Of a stretch of 64,000 nucleotides of DNA, positions 21,547 through 30,925 are shown piece by piece. Under the pieces are notes generated by a model. The model saw nothing but the letters and a program-made list of their open reading frames with translations. It made no database searches and had not been told where the DNA came from. The stretch comes from Candidatus Magasanikiibacteriota bacterium (lineage in GTDB: Bacteria > Patescibacteriota > Patescibacteriia > Magasanikbacterales > GWA2-37-8): NCBI GenBank assembly GCA_036744835.1, contig DAIOHD010000001.1:547910-611909 (forward strand), given 5' to 3'. Position 1 is the first letter of the stretch, and the number at the start of each line of letters is the position of its first letter. A program made the position numbers and the translations under genes.

Positions 21547-22056
21547 TTATTTTTTGATTTTTTCTACAATAGATTTGACGTATTTGGCGTCATCAGCAGC
21601 TTTAAGATTTTCACCCAAAACTTTTTCTGTAACCAAAGAAATCAAACCAACGGTTTCTTTTTTCAATTCTTCCGTCATTTTTTCTTTTTCCGCCAAAATA
21701 GTGTTTTTGGCTTCAGTCACTACTTTTTGTGCTTCTTCTTTGGCTTTATTTTTTGCCAGCTCTACCGTAATCTTGGCTTCATTTTGAGCTTCACCCATCA
21801 AATGGTTAGCCATCAAACGACTTTCATCCACTATTTGTTGAGCGGTTTGTTTGGCTACCGATACTTCAGTCTGAGCTTTATCAAAATTCTCCGATGTCTC
21901 TTGCGCTTTCTTTTGGCGTTCCTGAATAATTTTCATCAATGGTGCAAAAGCAAATTTTTTCAAAATCCAAAAAGCCACGAGAAAATTTATAAGATTGAAC
22001 AAACTCATACGCCAATCAAAACCGACTTTACCTAAAATTTCTAATAATTTTTCCAT
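21547..22056 (-). CDS. atpF: ATP synthase Fo subunit b
   Basis: Single N-terminal TM helix plus a long charged coiled coil. Confidence 0.75.
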   Translation of the reverse strand: MEKLLEILGKVGFDWRMSLFNLINFLVAFWILKKFAFAPLMKIIQERQKKAQETSENFDKAQTEVSVAKQTAQQIVDESRLMANHLMGEAQNEAKITVELAKNKAKEEAQKVVTEAKNTILAEKEKMTEELKKETVGLISLVTEKVLGENLKAADDAKYVKSIVEKIKK

Positions 22057-22124
22057 ATATTATTTATAATTTGTGTTTATGGGCACCGCCAAAAAAATTT
22101 TTGACGGTAAACAAAACGCAAAAT

Positions 22125-22340
22125 TTAGACGATAAAAAAACAAACGAAAGCGTAAATAGCTGTTGATTCAGCCATGGCTACCCCGATAATCATTTTGGAA
22201 AAAATACTTCCTTCCATTTTCGGGTTGCGACCGATAGCTTCGAGAGCTTTACCGATAAGATAACCTTCGCCGATAGCGGATCCTCCCATGGTGATGGTAC
22301 AAAGACCCTTGGCGATAAGACGTGCGACTTCAATATCCAT
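22125..22340 (-). CDS. atpE: ATP synthase Fo subunit c
   Basis: 71-aa two-helix hairpin proteolipid, GRNP loop, conserved carboxylate helix. Confidence 0.85.
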   Translation of the reverse strand: MDIEVARLIAKGLCTITMGGSAIGEGYLIGKALEAIGRNPKMEGSIFSKMIIGVAMAESTAIYAFVCFFIV

Positions 22341-22369
22341 AAAAATAAATTAAATAATTTAATTTTTTG

Positions 22370-23161
22370 TTAATTAGTTTTTATCTTTTCCGTATCAACT
22401 GCCAAACTATAAAAAGCGGCAATAAGCGATCCAAAAACCATAGTTTGTACTACTGCAGCCAATAAGCTCATAAAAAACCACGGGAGAGGTAATAGTAGAG
22501 CGAACATCCCAAATAAAATAGCGGTCAAAACTCCACCTGCATACATATTACCAAACAAACGCAAAGACAAGGATATGACTCTGGCAATTTCTGAAACTAT
22601 ATCAAGTAATCCGATGATAAAATCCACTATTGCCATCATTCCTTTGCCAAAACCTTGTTTAAATCCCAAATAAATTTCTTTAAATTTTAGATATTTTCCA
22701 ATGTGTCCAAAAATCCCAGCGTCTCTGATGCTCTCCAATTGAATCAAAATAATCATAGATAAGGCCAAGCCAAAAGTAACATTAAAATCACTAGTGTGAG
22801 TACGAAAAAAATAAATACCGTTGTAAGTAAACTCCGACAATATTGGAATAAGACCCAATAAGTTTGATAATCCTATGTAAACAAAAAGCGCACCGACCAA
22901 CGGCAGTGTTTTAATGGCAAAGCTACGACTACCACTAATCTGTTCAATAAGGTTAAAGAAGGCTTCGGTTAAACTTTCGGCCATGGATTGAAATTTACCA
23001 GGAATAAATTTAATTTTAGAAGAAATAATAAAACTACCGATAGCAATCAAAAACAACACGAGCAATCCGGAGGTCATTGAATTGGTAAATTCAAAATTAC
23101 CGACTTTAAAAAGTGTGTCCGGTCTGATAGGTGCGACTTGTGATTCAACTTGAAAAAACAT
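22370..23161 (-). CDS. atpB: ATP synthase Fo subunit a
   Basis: LSLRLFGNMYAGG motif carrying the essential Arg. Confidence 0.85.
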   Translation of the reverse strand: MFFQVESQVAPIRPDTLFKVGNFEFTNSMTSGLLVLFLIAIGSFIISSKIKFIPGKFQSMAESLTEAFFNLIEQISGSRSFAIKTLPLVGALFVYIGLSNLLGLIPILSEFTYNGIYFFRTHTSDFNVTFGLALSMIILIQLESIRDAGIFGHIGKYLKFKEIYLGFKQGFGKGMMAIVDFIIGLLDIVSEIARVISLSLRLFGNMYAGGVLTAILFGMFALLLPLPWFFMSLLAAVVQTMVFGSLIAAFYSLAVDTEKIKTN

Positions 23162-23164
23162 ACT

Positions 23165-23431
23165 TTAATTTTGTTTTTTATTTTCTTCTTTTTCTAATTC
23201 TTTAAATTCACGAGAAATTTTGAAATACAATTTAAAAGCCAAAAACCAAGAAAAAATAAAAGCCCCCAATAATAGAGGCCATATAATATTAAAATTTACT
23301 ATTTCTTTTTCTTGTAAATATTTTCCTAAAAATAAAGCCCCGAACGCCGGTGCAGCAAAAATTACCAAAATCTCAAACATTGCTTTGAACGTTTTATGAA
23401 CTAACGCTTGTTTTTTTTCTTCAGGGTTCAT
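23165..23431 (-). CDS. Small membrane protein, AtpI/AtpZ-like
   Basis: 88-aa two-TM protein immediately upstream of atpB. Confidence 0.4.
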   Translation of the reverse strand: MNPEEKKQALVHKTFKAMFEILVIFAAPAFGALFLGKYLQEKEIVNFNIIWPLLLGAFIFSWFLAFKLYFKISREFKELEKEENKKQN

Positions 23432-23532
23432 AATTTAAGGTTATTTTAGCGTAAAAATTATATTTTCTGATTGATTTTTCTTTTTTAATCCGGCTTCATT
23501 TTACAGTAAAAACAAAAAAACGTCAAGGGGCT

Positions 23533-24369
23533 TTAAATTTTGAATAATCTCCTAGCATTATCAACGGTTATTTGTATAATATCTTCTGTGGTTTTTTGCC
23601 GAATTTCAGCGATTTTTTTGACCACTTCCTCTACCATCCAAGGTTCACAACGCTGTCCACGATAGGCTTGAGGAGCTAAATAAGGAGCATCGGTTTCTAT
23701 CAATAATTTATCCAAAGGACAATTTTTGACCACTTCCAATAAATCTTCTTGAACTTTAGGCTCGGTCTTTTTAGGTGGAAAAGTTATAACACCGGTAAAA
23801 CCGATATATAATCCAAGATCTAGATATTGTTTTGCATACTTCCAATTATTCGTATAACAATGGACTACACCATAAATTTCTTTTTTTAAACTTTTCAACA
23901 AATTAATCATTTCTTCATGAGCATTTCTGACATGAATAATTATTGGTAAACACAGTTCCTGCGCCAGTTCGTATTGTTTAATAAAAATTTCTTTTTGTTT
24001 TTGTAAAACTTTTTCTTTATCTAAGCCTTCCGGTAAATGATATAATTCCAACCCACACTCCCCTATGGCTATAACTTTTTTATTTTGTGCCAATTTTTTA
24101 TATTTATCATAATCAAAATCCTCTTCGCGAGATTTGAAAGCAGCTTCTTCTTCATCAACCCTAGTTTCAAATAAATGTATAGGGTGCAAACCGACACTAG
24201 CATAAATATTTTCATATTTTTGTGCGAATTCCACCGCGCGTATAGAAGTATCAATTTGCGAACCAACAACATTAAGCAATGTGTCTTTTTCTAAACAACG
24301 TTTATAAACTTCAGAAAAATCTTTTTCGTAAATTTTGAATTGGAGATGACAGTGAGAGTCGAATAACAT
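23533..24369 (-). CDS. tatD: TatD-family metal-dependent DNase/hydrolase
   Basis: MLFDSHCHL N-terminus and TatD His/Asp/Glu pattern. Confidence 0.8.
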   Translation of the reverse strand: MLFDSHCHLQFKIYEKDFSEVYKRCLEKDTLLNVVGSQIDTSIRAVEFAQKYENIYASVGLHPIHLFETRVDEEEAAFKSREEDFDYDKYKKLAQNKKVIAIGECGLELYHLPEGLDKEKVLQKQKEIFIKQYELAQELCLPIIIHVRNAHEEMINLLKSLKKEIYGVVHCYTNNWKYAKQYLDLGLYIGFTGVITFPPKKTEPKVQEDLLEVVKNCPLDKLLIETDAPYLAPQAYRGQRCEPWMVEEVVKKIAEIRQKTTEDIIQITVDNARRLFKI

Positions 24370-24411
24370 AAAAAATTATAGAAATTACAGAGATTACAAA
24401 AATTACAAATA

Positions 24412-26280
24412 TTAATTGGAAATTATTAAATTGAAATTGTTAAATTCATAATTTTGCAAACGGGAATTTTTTGTCCAATCAACCAAATATTTTTCCGCAA
24501 TACTATATTCCATAAGTCCTACGGCGCTGGCTTTTTGTTGAAGCGGAAAAACATGCAAAGATAATGTATTTTCTTTTATCACTAAACCCAGAGAAAGGCC
24601 TTGCTGGGTTGGAACGGAAAAATATTGATCAAATATGAAATTGCCGAGCGAATAAAAAACAGGTTTATTTTGATAAATTTCCATTTCTTGCACCACGTGC
24701 GGGTGATGACCAATAACTGTATCCGCGCCGTTATCTACAAAATAATGTGCCAGTTCGCGTTGGCGAGTATTGGAAATTTCTTTGTATTCATATCCCCAAT
24801 GGATAAAAATAATTACTTTTTCTGCGCCTTTACTTTTTGCTAAATCAATCAATTTTTTTACCGCTGTTTTTTCCACCGGTGAATTGGTATCGTTGAGTCC
24901 AATAAAACCTATTTTGTAATCCCCTACTTGTTTAATAATCAAAGATTCGTTATCTACTCTATATTGCGAACCAAAATATTCAAAACCAAATTTATCTAAA
25001 TTTTTTTTATTTTCTATAAAACCGGCACTGCTCATATCCAAAGTATGGTTATTGGCTAAACTAAATAAACCAAAATTGTATTTTTTCAATTCCGGTAAAA
25101 GAACAGGGTCAAAACGAAAAGCAATTTCTTTGGTGGTGGCGCGTCGTGAATCCGCAAACGGTCCTTCCAGATTAGCAACAATCAAGTCCATTCCAAGAAA
25201 AAATCTATTTTCTTGTCCGGCTAAATTTTTCAATAAATAATCAAAACCGTGTTGATCTATTTTTGTCTTCACACTGCGGTCAAGCATCATATCGCCAAAA
25301 AATAACAAGCTAGCAACTTTTTCTTTTTGTGCATCTCCTCCTATAAAATAAGGAGAATAATAACTAGTGGTTTCTTTGAGAGATGGGGTGTTTAAAATTT
25401 GTGCTGAATTATCAGACAGTTCATAAGCGACTTTACCATAATTTTTTGTAAATAAATATTTGGTCAAAATATATAAACTCCCCGGAGAATCAGTTTCCAA
25501 TTTGAAAGATCGTTCAAAATCCAAATTTTTAATAACTTGTTCACTAAGTTCGTCATGAAAATCAGACACTGGGTTTGTGAGATAGTGAGAAAAATCAACC
25601 GATGCAACAACCACAGAATCATCCGTTACATTTTCCACTAAATATTGATAAACTTTTTCTAAAGTTGTACTCGAAGTATAATAACTAAATATTATCGGCA
25701 CGATTTTTATTTTTGGCAAAGATTTTTTAATAAAAGAAACTAGTGATGAAATGCTTTGTTCTTTAGTAAAAACATTTTCATCAGCCAAACGAGCGATATT
25801 TTTTTCTTGTAAATCAGAAATTATATTAATTTCCGGCGCCAAAATTCCATACGGCGTTTGCCAAGCAAAATCTGTGGTCAGGACTTCACCGTTACCGCTA
25901 TGATAATGATCAGGGCCGAGCAAATAAATAACTTCAGGGTTTTGTTTTTGTAAGTTTTTAAAAAAAGCAGCAGATAAATGACCGGCCAAAAGGTGGTGTG
26001 GTACTATTCCGCCTTTTATATTTCCTAAATTATCCGGAATGAGCGGAGCTCTCTGACAAGCTTCTTCATAAATTTGCAGATCAAAGGGTTCAGCATAAAT
26101 AAAATTGGTAAAAATTTCTTCTTTACTTTGTTTGTTTTCTTTTTGTGTTTTTTGATTAATAGCCAAAATTTCACGACTATCCAAAAAAACCGGTGCTTGA
26201 CGACACAAATTTACAAAAACAACGCCCGATAATAAAATTATCGGGAGAAGAATTAAATTGATAAATATTATTTTCTTCAT
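24412..26280 (-). CDS. Fusion protein: N-terminal TM segment, MEMO1/AmmeMemoRadiSam-B-like domain, C-terminal CapA (PGA_cap) metallophosphoesterase domain
   Basis: GGIVPHHLLAGH (MEMO-like) followed by GDMMLDRSV, ANLEGP, LANNHTLD and IGHHPHVVQ (CapA). Confidence 0.6.
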   Translation of the reverse strand: MKKIIFINLILLPIILLSGVVFVNLCRQAPVFLDSREILAINQKTQKENKQSKEEIFTNFIYAEPFDLQIYEEACQRAPLIPDNLGNIKGGIVPHHLLAGHLSAAFFKNLQKQNPEVIYLLGPDHYHSGNGEVLTTDFAWQTPYGILAPEINIISDLQEKNIARLADENVFTKEQSISSLVSFIKKSLPKIKIVPIIFSYYTSSTTLEKVYQYLVENVTDDSVVVASVDFSHYLTNPVSDFHDELSEQVIKNLDFERSFKLETDSPGSLYILTKYLFTKNYGKVAYELSDNSAQILNTPSLKETTSYYSPYFIGGDAQKEKVASLLFFGDMMLDRSVKTKIDQHGFDYLLKNLAGQENRFFLGMDLIVANLEGPFADSRRATTKEIAFRFDPVLLPELKKYNFGLFSLANNHTLDMSSAGFIENKKNLDKFGFEYFGSQYRVDNESLIIKQVGDYKIGFIGLNDTNSPVEKTAVKKLIDLAKSKGAEKVIIFIHWGYEYKEISNTRQRELAHYFVDNGADTVIGHHPHVVQEMEIYQNKPVFYSLGNFIFDQYFSVPTQQGLSLGLVIKENTLSLHVFPLQQKASAVGLMEYSIAEKYLVDWTKNSRLQNYEFNNFNLIISN

Positions 26281-26456
26281 GAAACTAATTTTATAATCCG
26301 AATACTACAAATTAATATCCCTGCCCACCAACAGCATGAGCCGTAGGTGATAGCAGGCGGGCGAATTCCTCAAATTACTACGACATCCGAATTATTAATA
26401 TTCGGGTGATTCATTATTTATTCGGAGCATTCGGATGATATTCGTAAATTCGGATC

Positions 26457-27044
26457 CTATTTGATGAAATATTCAATCGAACTTTCTATAGTTTTGAGGG
26501 CCTCTGGGACAAAAGGTAGTAATATAGAGGCAAAAGAAACTAAGTGAGGAATCAAAAAAGATTCACCTAAATACTCCATAAAATATTCTGCCAATGGAAA
26601 TTTGCCAATAAAATAAAAAACCATTCCTAAACCAATAACTCCTTCCAAAGCTCCAAAAAGCATACCTAAAAATCTATTAATACCACTGATAAATGGTAAA
26701 CGAGTTATAAAACCCAACATTTTGTCTATAATCCAAAAAGCCAAACCCACCAAACGATTGATTAAGAAGAAAACGATAATAAAAATCAAAACTTTCGAAA
26801 AATTGGCTTGCCAACCGGTAATATCCATCAACCAATTGGATGCAGCTTCATAGTAACGAGTAGCTAAAAATACTCCAAACACTGTCCCTAAAAGTGAACC
26901 TAGAGTGTGTATTAAACCAAACCAAAGACCAAAAAGGCCGAAACTGGCAATGATGATTATAAAAATGACGTCGAGTAAGGACATATGGTAAAAATTTTTA
27001 ATTTTTAATGAATTTTCAATTTTTAATGAATTTTCAAATCGCAA
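26457..27044 (-). CDS. cvpA: CvpA-family membrane protein
   Basis: Four-TM small protein with CvpA-like composition. Confidence 0.55.
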   Translation of the reverse strand: MRFENSLKIENSLKIKNFYHMSLLDVIFIIIIASFGLFGLWFGLIHTLGSLLGTVFGVFLATRYYEAASNWLMDITGWQANFSKVLIFIIVFFLINRLVGLAFWIIDKMLGFITRLPFISGINRFLGMLFGALEGVIGLGMVFYFIGKFPLAEYFMEYLGESFLIPHLVSFASILLPFVPEALKTIESSIEYFIK

Positions 27045-27072
27045 TTTTCAAACAATCTTTAAATCTTATAAT

Positions 27073-28632
27073 TTACTTCTCCAGCCGCGGAAAAAGTGGT
27101 TGTAATTCTCCTATCTTATTTCCTACTGTCAATTCCACCCAGGTCTGTAAATCTTCCAATTTTTTAGCATTTTCTTTGACAGGATCAAGTCCGAGCTGGA
27201 TAAAAATCTTCTCTGAAGTTTCAGGCATCACCGGATATATCATTATCGCAATATGGCGTAAACTTTCGCATAAGTGGTAAAGCAAATCTTTTACTTCTTC
27301 GGTTTTGCCTTCTTTACTCATTGTCCACGGTTTTTTATCGGAAATCAATTGATCACAATAAGTAATAAACTTCCAAGTACTTTCAAGTGCGCGATCAAAA
27401 CGCCATTTGTCCATATTTTTTTGGTATTCCGGCCAAATCTCGTCGGTTAAATATTTTATCAAATCATTGTTTACATTTTTTACTTTTGGTACTTCACTAT
27501 CGGAATATTTCACCACCATGGATAAAACACGGTTGGTTAAATTTCCCAAACCGTTGGCCAAATCAGCATTAAAACGAACCTCAAATTTACTTTCGGAATA
27601 ATCACCGTCATTATCAAAAGGAATTTCGCGCATCAAGAAATAACGCACTGATTCCAGCGGATATTTTGTTACAATTTCCATTGGATCAATAACATTACCT
27701 ACTGTTTTGCTCATTTTTTGACCATCAACAGTCATCCAGCCGTGTACAGCAATAGTTTTGGGCAATTCCAAACCAGCCGACATCAACATCGCCGGCCAGA
27801 GCAAAGAATGAAAGCGGTTGATTTCTTTGCCAATAACATGTGCATCTGCAGGCCAATATTTTTTCAATAATTTTTCGTCTTCACCATATCCCAATGCGGT
27901 CACATAATTGGTCAAAGCGTCAAACCAAACATACATTACCTGGGTTTTATCTCCCGGCACGGGCACGCCCCAAGATAATTTGTCCGAAGACCTGGAAATG
28001 GAAATATCTTCCAATCCACTTTTTAAAACATTATACATTTCATTGTAGCGGCTTTCCGGATAAACAAAATCCTTGTTTTTTTCAAACAAAAATTCAAGCG
28101 GTTCTTGATATTTGGAAAGTTTGAAAAAATAATTTTCTTCTTCCAATAATTCTGGCTCTTTGTTGTGGTCCGGACACTTACCATCCACTAAATCTTTTTC
28201 GGTTTTATAAGCTTCACACCCTACGCAGTATAAACCACTGTATTTTTTTTTATAAATATCCCCGCTCTTTTCCGCGGCTTTCCAAAATTCTTGTGCGCGG
28301 TCTTCATGGCGCTTCTGCGTAGTACGGATGAAATCGTTGTTAATGATATTCCACTGATCGGCAAGATTCACATATTCCGCGGAAGTTTGCGCGGCGAAAT
28401 CAGCCACATCCATACCTTTTTCCTTGGCGGTTTTCAACATCTTTTGACCGTGTTCATCGGCTCCGGTTAAAAAATATACATCTTTACCGAGCATTCGTTG
28501 ATAGCGGGCCATGACATCGGTATAAAGTAATTCCAAAGCAAAACCGATGTGGGGAGAGGCGTTGGCGTAGGGTATAGCAGTGGTAAGATAAAATTTTTCT
28601 TTTTTGGACATACTTATTTTTTTTAATTTCAA
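27073..28632 (-). CDS. metG: Methionyl-tRNA synthetase
   Basis: PYANASPHIGFA (HIGH) and KMSKT motifs. Confidence 0.9.
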   Translation of the reverse strand: MKLKKISMSKKEKFYLTTAIPYANASPHIGFALELLYTDVMARYQRMLGKDVYFLTGADEHGQKMLKTAKEKGMDVADFAAQTSAEYVNLADQWNIINNDFIRTTQKRHEDRAQEFWKAAEKSGDIYKKKYSGLYCVGCEAYKTEKDLVDGKCPDHNKEPELLEEENYFFKLSKYQEPLEFLFEKNKDFVYPESRYNEMYNVLKSGLEDISISRSSDKLSWGVPVPGDKTQVMYVWFDALTNYVTALGYGEDEKLLKKYWPADAHVIGKEINRFHSLLWPAMLMSAGLELPKTIAVHGWMTVDGQKMSKTVGNVIDPMEIVTKYPLESVRYFLMREIPFDNDGDYSESKFEVRFNADLANGLGNLTNRVLSMVVKYSDSEVPKVKNVNNDLIKYLTDEIWPEYQKNMDKWRFDRALESTWKFITYCDQLISDKKPWTMSKEGKTEEVKDLLYHLCESLRHIAIMIYPVMPETSEKIFIQLGLDPVKENAKKLEDLQTWVELTVGNKIGELQPLFPRLEK

Positions 28633-28716
28633 ATATCAAATTTCCAATTTCCAATCAATTTCAAAATCCAAATTTCAAATTTTGATATTGGATATTGGAT
28701 ATTTGACATTTAGTGA
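28633..28716. repeat. AT-rich palindromic spacer (tttccaatt/atattggat words)
   Basis: tcaaatatcaaatttccaatttccaatca ... tgatattggatattggatatttgacatt forms an imperfect inverted repeat. Confidence 0.5.
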
Positions 28717-29388
28717 TTATTTTCGTGAAATAATCACGACGAATTCCCCTCTTTCATCTTTCATCTTCTCCATAATTTCATAGATTGTTCCGCGGTAAAT
28801 CGTTTCAAACTTTTTGGTCAATTCGCGACACACGACAATTTGTCTTTTCGGATCTAATAACTCTTTTAATTCTTGCAAACATTTCAAAATGCGATGGCCG
28901 GATTCGTAAAAAACAACTGTTTCCTCTGCCTGCACCACTTCCTTGAAATATTTTTGTCTTTTATTTTTGTGCGGAGGAAAACCCATAAATATAAATCTGT
29001 CAGTCGGAAAACCGGAAATGGACAGGGCCATTACTACGGCGGAAACTCCCGGAATCGCCACGATATTTTCCCCTAGCCCTTTTTTAATCAAATATTCAAT
29101 AAGTAAGCCACCTGGGTCAGAAATCCCCGGAGTACCGGCATCAGTAACTAAACCTACATTCTTGCCGGATAAAAGCATGTTTTCAATTTCTTTGAATTTC
29201 GCCATATCACTATGCTGATGAAAATTGACCAACTGTTTATTGATTTCATAATGATCCAACATATTTTTGGTCACCCTGGTATCTTCACACAATATCAAAT
29301 CAACGCTTTTAAAATTTTCCAAAGCGCGCAAAGTAATATCACCCAAATTTCCAATAGGTGTAGCGATAATATAGAGGGTGCCAGGCAT
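28717..29388 (-). CDS. rsmI: 16S rRNA (cytidine1402-2'-O)-methyltransferase
   Basis: Tetrapyrrole-methylase fold with the N-terminal LYIIATPIGNLGDIT motif. Confidence 0.85.
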   Translation of the reverse strand: MPGTLYIIATPIGNLGDITLRALENFKSVDLILCEDTRVTKNMLDHYEINKQLVNFHQHSDMAKFKEIENMLLSGKNVGLVTDAGTPGISDPGGLLIEYLIKKGLGENIVAIPGVSAVVMALSISGFPTDRFIFMGFPPHKNKRQKYFKEVVQAEETVVFYESGHRILKCLQELKELLDPKRQIVVCRELTKKFETIYRGTIYEIMEKMKDERGEFVVIISRK

Positions 29389-29452
29389 AATAAATATTAG
29401 TTTTATTTGGCTTTATTGTAGCAAAAAGCGTTAGAAAATGCAATTTTAAATA

Positions 29453-29662
29453 AACTCAAAACTCAAATGTCAAAAGTCAAAACCAAAACCTTAAATGTCA
29501 AAACTGACGATAAGTGTCATTACGAATCCGCAAAGCGGATGAAGTAATCCCACTGCTTTCTGAATTTTGTGGGATTGCTTCGTCATTACATTCCTCGCAA
29601 TGACAAATTTTTTAGGTTTTAAGTTGTAGTTTTGAGATTTGCGTTTTGAATTTTGAGATAAA
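29453..29662. repeat. MITE-like element copy 2 (same arms, divergent multi-hairpin core)
   Basis: Arms aactcaaaactcaaatgtcaaaagtcaaaacc and ggttttaagttgtagttttgagatttgcgttttgaattttgag. Core hairpins atccgcAAAgcggat, aatcccac..gtgggatt and gtcattac..gcaatgac. Confidence 0.55.
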
Positions 29663-29680
29663 CAGTCAAAAAAACAAAAA

Positions 29681-29712
29681 CTATCAGTGATTAAACTGAT
29701 AGTTTTTAAAAA
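29681..29712 (-). terminator. Intrinsic terminator downstream of the ferredoxin gene
   Basis: Perfect hairpin aaaactatcagt-gatta-aactgatagtttt followed by a T-run on the minus strand. Confidence 0.6.
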
Positions 29713-29721
29713 GAATAAATC

Positions 29722-29904
29722 TTATTCTAAAGTAATCGCTCCGACTGGACAACCCTCAACAGCTTGTTGAATGGTTTCTTCTGGATCACCTGTTGGATTG
29801 ATGACTTCGGATTTACCTTCGGCGTTTAATTTGAAAGTGTTGCCGGCAATCGCGGCGCAAGCACCACAGCCGATACACTTTTCGGCGTCTACTTTTGGAA
29901 TCAT
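29722..29904 (-). CDS. 4Fe-4S ferredoxin
   Basis: CIGCGACAAIAG ... CPVGAI cluster motifs. 60 aa. Confidence 0.7.
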   Translation of the reverse strand: MIPKVDAEKCIGCGACAAIAGNTFKLNAEGKSEVINPTGDPEETIQQAVEGCPVGAITLE

Positions 29905-30017
29905 ATATTTATATAATTTAATAGTAAATTAAATAATAAAGTTTATTTTATAGTAAAGACTACAATAGAATAAAAGGAGTTCTTAATTTTTAATTTTCAA
30001 TTTTACAATTTTTAGTG

Positions 30018-30103
30018 AATTTTTAGTGTAACAATTTACAAACCGAACATTGATAATTGAACATTGATAATTAATTAAAAATTTTAAATTAAAAATTGAA
30101 AAT
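30018..30103. repeat. ~86-bp AT-rich repeat, copy A, 3' of nifU
   Basis: Near-identical to 30836-30922 (taacaatttacaaacYgaacattgataattgaaMattgataattaattaaaaattttaaattaaaaattgaaaatt). Confidence 0.6.
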
Positions 30104-30108
30104 TTTCG

Positions 30109-30792
30109 TTAAAAGTATTTTTCTCTATAAAACCTAATCAATTCTTCAATAGATGGAATTATATCCGGTTTGCTAGCCCCAACTTTGAGTTTCTTTTGGA
30201 TATCCTCCAATGTTTGTGCACCATCAAGAACAGCGTCTTCAATATCTTTATCTGTAATCTTCAAATCAGGGTCAATAACTTTTGACCCCTCCACTATTAT
30301 TCTACCATGTTGCTTAGTTTTGCGAAAGTAGTCGTTTAAGGCTGCTTGCAAAGCTTTGTCTCCCAAAACTGAGCAATGAACTTTACGATCGGGCAGTCCG
30401 CCGAGCTCTTTCATAATATCTTGAGGTTTAAGTTTTAGTGCATCATCAATTTTCATTCCACCTTTTCTTTTTATCATTTCACTCAATACTGAGGTAGAAG
30501 CAATGGCGCTACCACAACCAAAAGTTCGCCAACGACAATCTTTAATTTTTTCCGTTTTTGGATCTATTTGAAGCCAAAGAACCATTTCATCTCCACAAGC
30601 CGGAGAGCCAACCCGACCATAGCCGTTAAATTTAAACTTTTTTTCTTCACCAAAACGCATGAAATTACGTGGATTGAAAAAATGATCTTTCACTTTATTG
30701 GTGTAGAGCCAGCCAGTAGTACCGTCTTTATTACGAACATCAAAAGATTTTTTTACTCTGGTTGGTTTTTTAATTGTTTTTTTCTTAAGCAT
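30109..30792 (-). CDS. nifU: Fe-S cluster scaffold NifU/IscU-like with a C-terminal extension
   Basis: GSPACGDEMVLWL ... FGCGSAIASTS IscU cysteine motifs. Confidence 0.8.
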   Translation of the reverse strand: MLKKKTIKKPTRVKKSFDVRNKDGTTGWLYTNKVKDHFFNPRNFMRFGEEKKFKFNGYGRVGSPACGDEMVLWLQIDPKTEKIKDCRWRTFGCGSAIASTSVLSEMIKRKGGMKIDDALKLKPQDIMKELGGLPDRKVHCSVLGDKALQAALNDYFRKTKQHGRIIVEGSKVIDPDLKITDKDIEDAVLDGAQTLEDIQKKLKVGASKPDIIPSIEELIRFYREKYF

Positions 30793-30835
30793 ACTTTATT
30801 TAATTTTAAATTTTCAATTTTGCAATTTTTATTTT

Positions 30836-30922
30836 AGTTAATTTTTAATGTAACAATTTACAAACTGAACATTGATAATTGAAAATTGATAATTAATTAA
30901 AAATTTTAAATTAAAAATTGAA
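30836..30922. repeat. ~86-bp AT-rich repeat, copy B, between nifS and nifU
   Basis: See copy A. About 95% identical. Confidence 0.6.
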
Positions 30923-30925
30923 AAT

